Assembly: GCA_963677895.2 (NCBI GenBank)
Contig: CAXXGJ010000038.1
Coordinates: 128,001-192,000, forward strand
DNA length: 64,000 nucleotides
Direction: 5' to 3'
From: Treponemataceae bacterium
Lineage (GTDB): Bacteria > Spirochaetota > Spirochaetia > Treponematales > Rectinemataceae
The notes under the pieces were generated by a model that ran no database searches, was not told the origin of the DNA, and was given only the letters and a program-made list of their open reading frames with translations. The position numbers and the translations under genes were made by a program. The first letter of the stretch is position 1; each line of letters begins with the position of its first letter. Positions 1 to 9,755 of the stretch are shown here, piece after piece.

Positions 1-2
1 GG

Positions 3-1538
3 GCCATCTCCTCCTGCGAGGGAGCCATCCTCGTCATCGACGCCACGCAGGGCGTGCAGGCGCAGACCCTCTCCAATATGTACATGGCGCTCGAGCACGA
101 TCTCGAGATTCTGCCCGTCATCAACAAGATAGATATGCCCGCCGCCGACGTCGAAGGCGTACGGCGCCAGATCGACAAGGATCTCGGCCTCGACGGAGAA
201 GCGGCCCTCGCCGTTTCGGCTAAGATGGGCATCGGCATCGATGAGCTCTTCGAGGCTATCGTCCAGCGATTTCCCGCCCCGAGAGGCTCCTCCGACGATC
301 CCCTCCAGGCCCTCATTTTCGACTCGCACTACGACGCCTACAAGGGCGCCATCGTACATGTGCGCGTCATAAGCGGAAAAATGAAGAAAGGCATGAACAT
401 CCGCTTCATGTCGAGCGGCGCCATCCACGAGATCGAGGAAGTCAGCCTCTTCAAGATCGATCAGTCGAGCGATACTGACATGCTGGCCGCTGGCGAGGTA
501 GGCTATGTGACGGCGGGCATCAAGACGGTCAGGGACGTCAGGGTCGGCGACACCATCACCGACAATGACAATCCCTGCCTCTCCGCGCTTCCCGGTTTCA
601 AGGAGATAAAGCCCGTCGTCTTCAGCTCTATTTATCCCATGGACTCGGCCGAGTACGACGACCTCAAGGAGAGCATCGAAAAGCTGATGCTCAACGACGC
701 TTCCCTGATATGCGAAAAGGACAGCTCCCTCGCGCTGGGCTTCGGGTTCCGCTGCGGATTCCTGGGGCTCCTTCATCTGGAGATCATCCAGGAAAGGCTG
801 GAGCGGGAATTCAACCAGTCCATCATCATGACGGCCCCGTCGGTGCGCTATAAGCTTAAACTCCAGAACGGCGAGACCGTCTTCATCGACAATCCCAGCC
901 AGTATCCCGACCCCTCGCGGATAGACAGCGCCGAAGAACCTTTCATCAAGGCGCAGATCATCACGCCCGTGGCCTATATCGGCAACCTGATCTCGCTCTG
1001 CATAGGCAAACGCGGCGAACAGCGATCCTTCACGCATCTGGACGAGAAACGCGTCGAGCTCGTTTTCGAGATGCCGCTGGCCGAAGTGCTCTTCGACTTC
1101 TACGACAAGCTGAAATCGACGAGCCGCGGCTACGCCAGTTTCGACTACGAAGTGACGAGCTATCGGCCGACCAACCTCGCCAAGCTGGATTTCCTCATCA
1201 ACGGTGATCCCGTGGACGCTCTATCAATGTTGGTCTACCGCGACGGGTCCTACGACAGGGCCCACAAGGTTTGCGAGCGGCTCCAGAGGAATATTCCGCG
1301 CCAGCAGTACAAAGTCGCCATTCAGGGCGCCATAGGCGGTCAGATCATCGCGCGGGAGACCGTCAATCCCGTGCGCAAGGACGTTCTGGCCAAGTGCTAC
1401 GGCGGCGACATCAGCCGCAAGCGCAAGCTTCTCGAGAAGCAGAAAGAGGGCAAGAAGCGCATGAAGATGGTGGGCAATATCGAATTGGGCCAGGACGCCT
1501 TCCTCGCCGTTCTCAGGACCGACGACGACGAGACCTGA
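3..1538 (+). CDS. lepA: Elongation factor 4 (LepA), 5'-partial
   Basis: Frame is open from the window start (AISSCEGAILVIDATQGVQAQT). Has NKID, GFRCGFLGLLHLEIIQERLERE and the C-terminal RKDVLAKCYGGDISRKRKLLEKQKEGKKRMK signature. Confidence 0.98.
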   Translation, partial: AISSCEGAILVIDATQGVQAQTLSNMYMALEHDLEILPVINKIDMPAADVEGVRRQIDKDLGLDGEAALAVSAKMGIGIDELFEAIVQRFPAPRGSSDDPLQALIFDSHYDAYKGAIVHVRVISGKMKKGMNIRFMSSGAIHEIEEVSLFKIDQSSDTDMLAAGEVGYVTAGIKTVRDVRVGDTITDNDNPCLSALPGFKEIKPVVFSSIYPMDSAEYDDLKESIEKLMLNDASLICEKDSSLALGFGFRCGFLGLLHLEIIQERLEREFNQSIIMTAPSVRYKLKLQNGETVFIDNPSQYPDPSRIDSAEEPFIKAQIITPVAYIGNLISLCIGKRGEQRSFTHLDEKRVELVFEMPLAEVLFDFYDKLKSTSRGYASFDYEVTSYRPTNLAKLDFLINGDPVDALSMLVYRDGSYDRAHKVCERLQRNIPRQQYKVAIQGAIGGQIIARETVNPVRKDVLAKCYGGDISRKRKLLEKQKEGKKRMKMVGNIELGQDAFLAVLRTDDDET

Positions 1539-1596
1539 TTCCGCGCGTTGATACCGCGCAACGCTACGACATGCAGCGCTGTGAAAAGAATATATG

Positions 1597-1639
1597 AAGA
1601 GGGCCGCCAGGGTAAAAACCCTGGCGGCCCTCTTTCTTG
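1597..1639. terminator. Bidirectional intrinsic terminator between convergent lepA and the PpiD-like gene
   Basis: Perfect inverted repeat aagagggccgccagggt-aaaa-accctggcggccctctt followed by tctt. Confidence 0.85.
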
Positions 1640-1654
1640 TAAACGCAGGCTATT

Positions 1655-3289
1655 TCAGTTCGCGGCTTTGGGCGCTTCCGTGGTTGTCGTTTCGGTGGTA
1701 GCGCTGGCGTTTGGCTGGGCCGCGGCCGTGCTGCTCGTCTTGAAAATCTTGAAGAAGGTCGTGCTGAACTCATCCTTGAATTTCTTGCTCTTCAGGAACG
1801 TATCCCTGGTCTGCGTGTCGATCGTCTGCTGGTGGAAGTAGGGATAGGCGAATTTGACCATGACCGTATCGTCATCCGAAGCTTCCTTGTCCTCGGTCAC
1901 GGCGAAAACGATGACATTGTCGCCCACGACGAGGGGTTTGGAGACTTTGCCTTTGGTCTGGGTGAAAAGCTCGGTCATGAAGGCTTCATCCTGTTCGGCG
2001 GCCTGCAGGGCGGGATCACTGTTCTGGAAGGGCGTCTGGAGGAGAGGGATCTGCTGGTTGTAGGCATAGAAGGTGGGATTGCCCACATTCACGATGAAGG
2101 GACCTGCCGATTGTATGCTGAGGCCCGCTTGTTTGGCGGCGCTCTGGAACTTTGCCCCATCGACGGATGAAATGAGGGTGTTGGCCTTGGCGATAGCCCA
2201 GCTCTCGAGGGTTCCTTTTTCCTTGTCGTTGATATAGAACCGAACCTCGTCCAGCGTGGCTTGTTTGCCGAAATCGGGCATCACAAGTTCGCCGTTGACC
2301 TTGAAAAAGGCCCAAGCCTTGTCGGCTATCTTGTAGACATCGGAGATCTCGCCTTTGGGAAGAGCGGCCACTTTCGCGGCGTCGTCTTTATTGGCGAAAC
2401 CTTCGGCGAAGGTATAGTAATAGACGGTGCCGGCGTCTCCGCCCTTGTCCGCGTAAGCGTCCTGCGAATGACTCTTGGCAGCGTCTTCGAAGGAAAGCTT
2501 GTTTTCCTTCACCTGGGCGAGAATTTTCTTGGCATCGGCTTCCGAGCTGGTTACCGTGACGCGGGAAACCTCAAGGGTCTTGAATAGGTCGGCGTTCTTG
2601 TTGCCCCACGCGGCCACTTCTTCGGCCGGATAGTCGGAGAGCGGCAAGGCGGCATAGGAAATTGTGCGCTGGGGTTTAGCCATCGAGGCTACGAAGGCGA
2701 TCTCAGCCGAGCTTGGAGCCAATGTATACAGATCCTCGTAATAGCGCCTGACGGTGTAATCTTCTTTCGTGTTCTTGCGCAGGGTGAGGCGCGTGGCGGA
2801 CGCTGACTTGTTGTATTTCTCGATGGAGAATTTTCCGTCTTCCTGGAATTCCGGGAGGGTGGCGATGGCTTCGTCGAGACCTTTTTCCGTCAGTCTGAAA
2901 CCGCTGTCGTTCACGGTCTTGATGACGGCCGTCCTGATGGCGGCGCTCTGGAAGGCCATGCTCCATACCTGGTAGGCATAAAGCTGGAAGTTCTGTTCGG
3001 AAAGCCCCTGCTGACGCAGATAGTCGTTGATCTGCGCCACCTGGCTAGCGAAGTACGAGCCTGAGGTATAGGTGATGGGTTTTCCCGCCCAGCTGCCGAA
3101 AGTCGGCGACTGACTGGAGGAACCCATACCGCCGCCGATCGATGGTATGAACACAAAGGCGATGACGGTGATTATCAGGATGACAATCGTTCCCCCGTAG
3201 ACGAAGGGGTTCTTCACGCCGCGTTTGGAGGGCTTTTTCTGGACTTTCTTCGCCTCGGCGCCTTCGGGATTGTTGATCTGGGATGCCAT
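1655..3289 (-). CDS. Membrane-anchored PpiD/SurA-like peptidyl-prolyl isomerase/chaperone
   Basis: N-terminal TM helix, SurA_N-like region and rotamase motif SFEDAAKSHSQDAYADKGGDAG. Start set at ATG 3289 (MASQIN) after a GAAGGA SD. Confidence 0.8.
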   Translation of the reverse strand: MASQINNPEGAEAKKVQKKPSKRGVKNPFVYGGTIVILIITVIAFVFIPSIGGGMGSSSQSPTFGSWAGKPITYTSGSYFASQVAQINDYLRQQGLSEQNFQLYAYQVWSMAFQSAAIRTAVIKTVNDSGFRLTEKGLDEAIATLPEFQEDGKFSIEKYNKSASATRLTLRKNTKEDYTVRRYYEDLYTLAPSSAEIAFVASMAKPQRTISYAALPLSDYPAEEVAAWGNKNADLFKTLEVSRVTVTSSEADAKKILAQVKENKLSFEDAAKSHSQDAYADKGGDAGTVYYYTFAEGFANKDDAAKVAALPKGEISDVYKIADKAWAFFKVNGELVMPDFGKQATLDEVRFYINDKEKGTLESWAIAKANTLISSVDGAKFQSAAKQAGLSIQSAGPFIVNVGNPTFYAYNQQIPLLQTPFQNSDPALQAAEQDEAFMTELFTQTKGKVSKPLVVGDNVIVFAVTEDKEASDDDTVMVKFAYPYFHQQTIDTQTRDTFLKSKKFKDEFSTTFFKIFKTSSTAAAQPNASATTETTTTEAPKAAN

Positions 3290-3331
3290 AGTATTCCTTC
3301 TGAAAACAGTATTCAAAAAGTATCGGGAGCT

Positions 3332-3360
3332 ACGGTACCATGATAGGCATTGACTGTCAA
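3332..3360 (-). promoter_or_regulatory. Sigma70-like promoter for the PpiD-like gene
   Basis: TTGACA-17 nt-TACCGT with an extended TG. The -35 overlaps the upstream gene's stop codon. Confidence 0.55.
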
Positions 3361-4136
3361 CGATGCGATATCGCCGAAAGCCAGCTCGAGGCTTCGGATT
3401 TGTTCGGAAATTCTTTCCATATAGGCGATTCGCCGCTGGCTTCCACGCCGTTTCCTTCATGGGCGGAGAGCTGAAAGGGAGGAAAGTCGGCCTTGTAATC
3501 CATCGTGGCGGCCCGCGGCACCCAGAATCCCAGATAGTAGTATTCTTTTCCCCAGCGCAAGGCCATCTCGGATTCGGCGAAAATCGAATAGGATCCCAGG
3601 CTTCGTCTGCTCTCGTCAGGATCGAAGGAGAAATAGACCGACGACAAACCGTTGGGGAGAATGTCCAGAAAGCCTATCGCGCAGAGTTTGCCGGCTGCGT
3701 CGCGGTACTCGGAAATAGCCGCCATGGGCGCCTCGAGCATTCCCCGATACGCCGATTCGAGAGAGGTTTTGGATGTTTCGGCCGCGGGGAAGGCTTCTTT
3801 GTGGCGTGTTCTGATATATTTTTCATACAACATGAAGTGATCTTGCCTGAAATCCGCCGGAACCAGCTTTATGGAGATATCCCGGTTCAAGCGCTTCAGT
3901 CTTTGAAAACGCTTTCCGGCAAATATCTTTGACGAGCAGAGTCTTATGGGAATGCACCGCGAACAGTCTTCGCAGCGATAACGATAGAGTATATTCCCGG
4001 ATCTTCTCCATCCGAAGGGAATGAGGGCTTCGTAGTCCTGGAAAAGAGATTCCCCCGGGAGAAATTCGCCGATGGATGTTTTACCAGGAACATAAGGGCA
4101 GGGCTCTGAGAAAGTAAGAAGCGGGGTAGTTTTCAC
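3357..4136 (-). CDS. ATE-family aminoacyl-tRNA--protein transferase (bacterial Ate/Bpt, N-degron pathway)
   Basis: ATE_N motifs PCPY, GWRRSG, CxxCxxC. ATE_C motifs SSVYFSFDP, SLGSY, YYYLGFWV, MDYK. Confidence 0.9.
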   Translation of the reverse strand: MKTTPLLTFSEPCPYVPGKTSIGEFLPGESLFQDYEALIPFGWRRSGNILYRYRCEDCSRCIPIRLCSSKIFAGKRFQRLKRLNRDISIKLVPADFRQDHFMLYEKYIRTRHKEAFPAAETSKTSLESAYRGMLEAPMAAISEYRDAAGKLCAIGFLDILPNGLSSVYFSFDPDESRRSLGSYSIFAESEMALRWGKEYYYLGFWVPRAATMDYKADFPPFQLSAHEGNGVEASGESPIWKEFPNKSEASSWLSAISHR

Positions 4137-4240
4137 GTCGTGGAAAATTGTAGGACATTCTGAGCCTTTGCGTCCATATAGTCACACAGGCAGCCGTTTT
4201 CGACTTGATGAACACGATTTTGAAGCAGTATGTTTATCGT

Positions 4241-4762
4241 ATGAGCATCATGACGCGAACTGGCGATGATGGCGATACGGGACTCTGGTCGGGAGAAAGG
4301 GTGGGCAAGGACGATCTGCGCGTCGAGGCCTACGGCACGATCGACGAGCTCTCCTCGGCGCTGGGTATCGCGAGGCATATCTGCATGGAAGACGAAGTCC
4401 TCTACGCCATAGAAGAGATTCAGCGCATACTATTCCGCGTCGCCGGCGAACTCGCTTCGGTAGGCATTCCCTTCGACCGGCCGATTACAGCCGGCGACGA
4501 GGCGAAAATTGCCGCGAAGACCTCATCGCTCGAAGAGAGAATTCCGCTGCGGGGTTTCGTCATTCCGGGCATGACGGCAGGATCGGCCGCCCTGGATATG
4601 GCCAGAACCATAGCCAGACGCGCCGAACGCAGGGTCGTAGCGCTCGCCAGAAAGGAAGAGGTCTCCATCGACTTGAGGAAATTTCTCAACAGACTCTCTG
4701 ATTATATTTTCATGCTTGCCAGGGCCGAGGAAGTGGCCGCGGGCAAGCTGACCTTCGCGTGA
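4241..4762 (+). CDS. PduO-type ATP:cob(I)alamin adenosyltransferase
   Basis: TRTGDDGDT, RVEAYGTIDEL, ARTIARRAER and FLNRLSDYIF motifs. Confidence 0.93.
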   Translation: MSIMTRTGDDGDTGLWSGERVGKDDLRVEAYGTIDELSSALGIARHICMEDEVLYAIEEIQRILFRVAGELASVGIPFDRPITAGDEAKIAAKTSSLEERIPLRGFVIPGMTAGSAALDMARTIARRAERRVVALARKEEVSIDLRKFLNRLSDYIFMLARAEEVAAGKLTFA

Positions 4763-4786
4763 CAAAAACCTTTCAGGGGGATTCCC

Positions 4787-6061
4787 ATGAAACTATATTC
4801 GCGTCGACAGATGACGCTGGGCATTGCCGCTGGAGTGCTCGTGAGCGCCGCCCTCATTTTCGGTTCCGCTTTTTTTCTGGCCAGGAGCGGACTGTTCCAG
4901 GTCGATAAGGATCAGGATTCCAGCCAGTCAACCATCGAGCCGACTTCCGTCGGTTCCCAGGCCCTCCAGGGACAGATAGCCGCGGAGGGAAAGAATGCTA
5001 CGTCCAACCCCGACGAGTACCAAAACCCCTCAGGCTTGACATATTCAACGGATGAACGCGAGAGCATCAGCCTCTATGAGCGATACAACGAATCGGTCGT
5101 CAATATCACGACCGAAGTCGTCAACATCAACTGGTTCCTCGAGCCCGTTCCCCAAAGTGGAGGATCCGGCTCGGGCTCCATCATAGACACGAAGGGTCAT
5201 GTCCTCACCAATTACCATGTCGTACAGGGCGCCTATAAGCTATTCGTGAACATGGCCGACGGCAGTCAGTACGAAGCCTCGGTCGTGGGGGTCGATTCCC
5301 AGAATGACCTTGCCGTCATCCGCTTCAATCCGCCCTCGGGAATGGTGCTTCGGCCGATTTCCTTCGGATCGTCCAAAGGGCTCAAGGTAGGACAGAAGGT
5401 GCTGGCCATCGGCAATCCTTTCGGCCTTGAACGGACCTTGACCCAGGGCATAGTCTCGGGCCTGGGGAGACCGATACAGAAGGATGAAAAGACCATCCTC
5501 CAGAACATGATCCAAACCGACGCTTCCATAAATCCGGGGAATTCCGGCGGTCCGCTCTTCAATTCGGCCGGACAGATGGTCGGCATCAATACGATGATCT
5601 ATTCGCCTTCCGGCGGTTCGGTCGGCATCGGTTTCGCCATACCCGTCGATACGGCGAAGCGCATCATTCCCGAACTCCTCAAGGAGGGAAGGGTGCGGCG
5701 CGGATGGATAGACATGGAAGCCATACAGCTTTTCCCCGCCCTCCTTTCCTATCTCGAAAAGTCCAGCTACGCTTCGCCCGTGGAAAAAGGACTTCTCGTT
5801 TCGGCTATCAAGGGCGGCAGCGATGCGGACAAGGCTGGCCTCAAGGGCGGAAGCGTAGCCGTCCGCTATGGAACCTCCACCTTCAAGATCGGCGGGGACA
5901 TCATCGTCAGCGTGGACGGCCAGTCCATAGACAGCATAGCCGATCTCTACACCGCGCTCGAGGACAATAAGCCCGGCGAAAAGGTCTCGGTAGAGTTCTA
6001 TCGCGGAAAGCAGAAAATGAGGACGACGGTAACGCTCACGGAACAAGTCCAGGAAAAATAA
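4787..6061 (+). CDS. htrA: HtrA/DegP-family serine protease with PDZ domain
   Basis: N-terminal TM, TNYHVV, DLAVI, IQTDASINPGNSGGPL and a C-terminal PDZ. Confidence 0.93.
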   Translation: MKLYSRRQMTLGIAAGVLVSAALIFGSAFFLARSGLFQVDKDQDSSQSTIEPTSVGSQALQGQIAAEGKNATSNPDEYQNPSGLTYSTDERESISLYERYNESVVNITTEVVNINWFLEPVPQSGGSGSGSIIDTKGHVLTNYHVVQGAYKLFVNMADGSQYEASVVGVDSQNDLAVIRFNPPSGMVLRPISFGSSKGLKVGQKVLAIGNPFGLERTLTQGIVSGLGRPIQKDEKTILQNMIQTDASINPGNSGGPLFNSAGQMVGINTMIYSPSGGSVGIGFAIPVDTAKRIIPELLKEGRVRRGWIDMEAIQLFPALLSYLEKSSYASPVEKGLLVSAIKGGSDADKAGLKGGSVAVRYGTSTFKIGGDIIVSVDGQSIDSIADLYTALEDNKPGEKVSVEFYRGKQKMRTTVTLTEQVQEK

Positions 6062-6084
6062 CCGGAAAAATAAAAGGAACAGCG

Positions 6085-8076
6085 ATGAAACCATTCAAGG
6101 TCGTAGCCCCCTTCGAACCGGCGGGCGATCAGGGGAGCGCGATCGGTACCCTTGTCGAGGCCGCGAAGTCGGGAACCAGATTCATGACGCTGAAAGGCGT
6201 TACGGGTTCGGGTAAAACTTTCACGATGGCCAAGGTGATAGAGGCGCTGCAGAAACCCACCCTCATCATTTCGCACAATAAAACCCTCTCCGCCCAGCTC
6301 TATCGCGAATTCAAGAGTTTTTTCCCCGAGAACGCGGTCGAATACTTCGTGTCCTACTACGATTATTACCAGCCTGAGGCATATGTGGCGTCCAAGGATC
6401 TCTACATCGAGAAGGACTCAAGCATCAACGACGAAATCGACAGGATGCGGCTTTCCGCCACGGCGGCCCTCATGGAACGCCGCGACGTGATAATCGTGGC
6501 GACCGTTTCCTGCATTTACGGCTTGGGTTCACCCGACCTCTACCGGGAAATGAGGATCTACCTCGACAAGGGCATGGTGCTGGATCTGGAGACGGTCAAG
6601 CGCAATCTCGTCAATCTTCAGTACGAACGGAACGATATGGTCCTCGAGCGGGGAAGGTTCAGGGTCAGGGGCGATATGCTCGAGATATTTCCCGCTTACC
6701 TGGAGGAAGCCTACCGAGTAGAACTGGATTTCGATACCGTGGCGAGAATCCGCAAGTTCGATCCGCTGACCGGCCACGCCGGAGACGACCTGGACGAGGC
6801 TGTCATCTATCCGGCCAAGCATTTCGTCATGCCCGAAAACCAAGTTCAAAAAGCGGTCTCCAGGATCAAGGAAGAGCTCGAAGCGCAGTACGAGCTTTTC
6901 ATGAGCCAGAACAAACTCATCGAAGCGCAGCGGATCAAGTCGCGCACCGAATACGACATCGAGATGATGGAAGAGATGGGGTACTGCTCGGGAATCGAGA
7001 ATTACTCGGCGCCGCTTTCGGGACGGGGCCCGGGCGAAAGACCCGGCGTACTGCTCGATTATTATCCAAGCGATTTCATGACCTTCATCGACGAATCCCA
7101 CGTAACCCTCTCGCAGATAGGCGCGATGTACTCCGGGGACAGGAGCAGGAAGACTTCCCTCGTGGATTACGGCTTCAGGCTGCCTTGCGCCCTCGACAAC
7201 AGGCCTCTCAAGATCGAGGAATTCGAATCCATGGTGAAGCAGGTAGTCTACGTTTCGGCCACTCCAGGCAAGGTGGAGATGGACCGTTCCTCGGTGGTTG
7301 CCGAGCAGATGATTCGCCCGACGGGGCTCGTGGATCCCGCGATTGAAGTCAGGCCGACCGAAGGACAGATGGAGGATATCTACGCGAGAGTAAAGGAGCG
7401 GGCGGCCATCGGTGAACGCAGCCTCATCATCACGCTTACCAAGAAAATGGCCGAGGAGCTGACGGAGTATCTGAGCGGCCTTGGATTGAGGGTGCGCTAT
7501 ATCCACTCCGAAGTCGAAACCATTGAGCGCGTAGAGATCCTGACGCAGCTGAGAGCCGGCGAGTTCGACGTGCTGGTGGGAATAAACCTCCTCCGCGAAG
7601 GCATCGATCTGCCCGAAGTATCGTTCATCGCCATCCTGGACGCCGACAAGATAGGATTCCTGCGATCGGCCACGAGCCTCATCCAGATAGTGGGAAGGGC
7701 GGCCAGGAACGCCGCCGGTCTCGTCGTCATGTACGCCGACAGGGAAAGCGACGCCATGAAGATCGCCATCCAAGAAACAAACCGGAGGAGGGCGATACAG
7801 GTAGCCTATAACATCGAGCACGGCATCACGCCGACGACCATCCGGAAGTCGGTGCACGACATCCTGGAACGGCACAAGGAAGAGAAGATCGACACGACCC
7901 TCGACGAAGTCAGCTTCCTCAAGAAGACCCACAACATGCTCGTGCCGGAGCAGCGAAAGTCCCTCGTCAAAGCCCTCGAGCAGCGCATGCTGGAACATGC
8001 CAAGAATCTGGAGTTCGAGGAAGCGGCGCTCATCCGCGATGAAATCGCTCGCGTAAAAGAAGGCGGCGATGTATAA
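6085..8076 (+). CDS. uvrB: Excinuclease ABC subunit B
   Basis: GVTGSGKT, YYDYYQPEAY, DESH, GINLLREGIDLPEVS and a C-terminal UVR domain. Confidence 0.98.
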   Translation: MKPFKVVAPFEPAGDQGSAIGTLVEAAKSGTRFMTLKGVTGSGKTFTMAKVIEALQKPTLIISHNKTLSAQLYREFKSFFPENAVEYFVSYYDYYQPEAYVASKDLYIEKDSSINDEIDRMRLSATAALMERRDVIIVATVSCIYGLGSPDLYREMRIYLDKGMVLDLETVKRNLVNLQYERNDMVLERGRFRVRGDMLEIFPAYLEEAYRVELDFDTVARIRKFDPLTGHAGDDLDEAVIYPAKHFVMPENQVQKAVSRIKEELEAQYELFMSQNKLIEAQRIKSRTEYDIEMMEEMGYCSGIENYSAPLSGRGPGERPGVLLDYYPSDFMTFIDESHVTLSQIGAMYSGDRSRKTSLVDYGFRLPCALDNRPLKIEEFESMVKQVVYVSATPGKVEMDRSSVVAEQMIRPTGLVDPAIEVRPTEGQMEDIYARVKERAAIGERSLIITLTKKMAEELTEYLSGLGLRVRYIHSEVETIERVEILTQLRAGEFDVLVGINLLREGIDLPEVSFIAILDADKIGFLRSATSLIQIVGRAARNAAGLVVMYADRESDAMKIAIQETNRRRAIQVAYNIEHGITPTTIRKSVHDILERHKEEKIDTTLDEVSFLKKTHNMLVPEQRKSLVKALEQRMLEHAKNLEFEEAALIRDEIARVKEGGDV

Positions 8077-8120
8077 TCGCCTTAACTTTTAGGCCATAAA
8101 GCAAATTCAAGGAAGTTCCG

Positions 8121-9131
8121 ATGCAAAAAAGGCCCAGCGGGGAATTCGCCGTAGAGGATGCCTATTTCCCTGTCATAGACGCGCACTGCGATGCGCTTCT
8201 CGCCGTCATCGGCAAGAGCCAGATTCCCGGCGATACGGGAAGGCGTGATTTTCTCGCGAGAAACGAAATCAGCCATATCGACCTCCCCAAACTCCTGGAA
8301 GGAAGAGTCCGCTGTCAATTCATGGCGCTTTTTGCCGAAGACGAAGATCTGCCGCGTGTAAAAGCCTATACGCATGGACTCATCGATGAGTTCGAGGCGA
8401 TCTGCGCCAGAGCCGAAGGCCGGATGTTCGCCGTCAGGACCGCTTCGGACCTGGATAAGGCTTTGCCGGGAACGAGCGTGGGCGGCCTTCTCTCCATTGA
8501 AGGAGCCGAAGCCCTGGAAGGCAGCCTGGATTCCGTGGATGAATTCTACGGCCGCGGCGTGCGCGCCATCGGCATCACCTGGAACAGGCGGAATGCCTTC
8601 GGGCGCGGCGTCCGGGCCGAAGGAGAGGACGGTTTGACGCCGCTGGGCCGCGAACTCGTGGAAAAAATGGAGTCCATGGGCATGATCGTGGACTGCTCCC
8701 ATCTCTCGGACAAGGCCTTCGACGACCTTGCCCAGGTGGCCAGGAGACCATTCATCGCGTCGCATTCCAACGCCCGCAGCCTGAACGACCATCCGCGCAA
8801 CCTCGAGGACCGGCAAATCAGGCGGATCGCGGAAGGGGGCGGCGCCGTCGGGGCCGTCTTCGTGCCCAATTTCGTATCCATGAAGCCCGAGAAATCCTTC
8901 CTCGAACACCTGATCGACCATATAGACCACATCGTCAACGTAGGCGGATTGGATTCGGCCGCCCTGGGCTCGGATTTCGACGGCTACCGTTGCGTGGAAG
9001 GCCATGTTCTGGCGGACGCATCCGAGTTTCCCATCCTGGCGCAGGCCCTCTCGCGGCGCGGCTACGCGGCGGGGCAGATCGAAAAGATCTTCTCGAAGAA
9101 CTGGGAGAGGGTCATCCGTGAGATTCTCTAG
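8121..9131 (+). CDS. Membrane dipeptidase (peptidase M19)
   Basis: DAHCD, SIEG, DCSH, ASHSN, HPRN and LGSDFDG motifs. Confidence 0.92.
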   Translation: MQKRPSGEFAVEDAYFPVIDAHCDALLAVIGKSQIPGDTGRRDFLARNEISHIDLPKLLEGRVRCQFMALFAEDEDLPRVKAYTHGLIDEFEAICARAEGRMFAVRTASDLDKALPGTSVGGLLSIEGAEALEGSLDSVDEFYGRGVRAIGITWNRRNAFGRGVRAEGEDGLTPLGRELVEKMESMGMIVDCSHLSDKAFDDLAQVARRPFIASHSNARSLNDHPRNLEDRQIRRIAEGGGAVGAVFVPNFVSMKPEKSFLEHLIDHIDHIVNVGGLDSAALGSDFDGYRCVEGHVLADASEFPILAQALSRRGYAAGQIEKIFSKNWERVIREIL

Positions 9132-9659
9132 GTGAAAGGACGCAAGATAGCCCTCATCGGCTTCATGGGGAGCGGCAAAAGCTGCATCGGCAAGGTTCTG
9201 GCCTCGAGACTGGCGGTTTCTTTCATGGATACGGATGAGGAGATAGAGCGCGTCAGCGCGCGCAGCATCCGCGAAATATTCGAAAGCGAAGGGGAAGCAG
9301 CCTTCAGGAAGCTGGAGGAGGAAATCCTTTCAGGTCTTGGCCGGCGCGGCGACGACTTCGTCCTTTCCTGCGGCGGCGGCATCGTCATGTCGCCCGCCAA
9401 CAGAATGCTCCTCGCGAGCGCTTACGACACCGTCTGGATCGATGTCCCCCTCGCGGAACTCCTGCGCAGGCTGGCGGGCGAAACCGGCCATCGCCCCCTC
9501 CTCAATTCCGACGACTACGCGAGAAAGGCCGAAGAACTTCTGCGCGTCAGAAGGCCGTTCTACGAGGAGGCCAGCCGATTCGTCTATCGTTGGAAGGAAA
9601 ACGAATCCACGAGCGATTCGGCCGGCGCCATAATGGAAATTCTGGGCGACAGCCGCTGA
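9132..9659 (+). CDS. aroK: Shikimate kinase
   Basis: GFMGSGKS P-loop, DTD, GEAAFR, GGG and RPLL motifs. Confidence 0.93.
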   Translation: MKGRKIALIGFMGSGKSCIGKVLASRLAVSFMDTDEEIERVSARSIREIFESEGEAAFRKLEEEILSGLGRRGDDFVLSCGGGIVMSPANRMLLASAYDTVWIDVPLAELLRRLAGETGHRPLLNSDDYARKAEELLRVRRPFYEEASRFVYRWKENESTSDSAGAIMEILGDSR

Positions 9660-9755
9660 ATCAGTCGGCCGCGGCATACAGAGGACAGCCGCTGAATCAG
9701 TCGGCCGCGGCATACAGAGGATAGCCGCTGAATCAGCCAGCCGCGGCGTGCAGTG
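9648..9755. repeat. Tandem repeat, 3 x 36 bp (gacagccgctgaatcagtcggccgcggcatacagag)
   Basis: Copies at 9648 and 9684 are identical and the copy at 9720 is diverged. No spacers. Confidence 0.95.

Noticed and set aside
9648..9755. Possible CRISPR array (36-bp repeats)
   Set aside because: Units are directly adjacent with no unique spacers, overlap both flanking CDS ends, and there are no cas genes.
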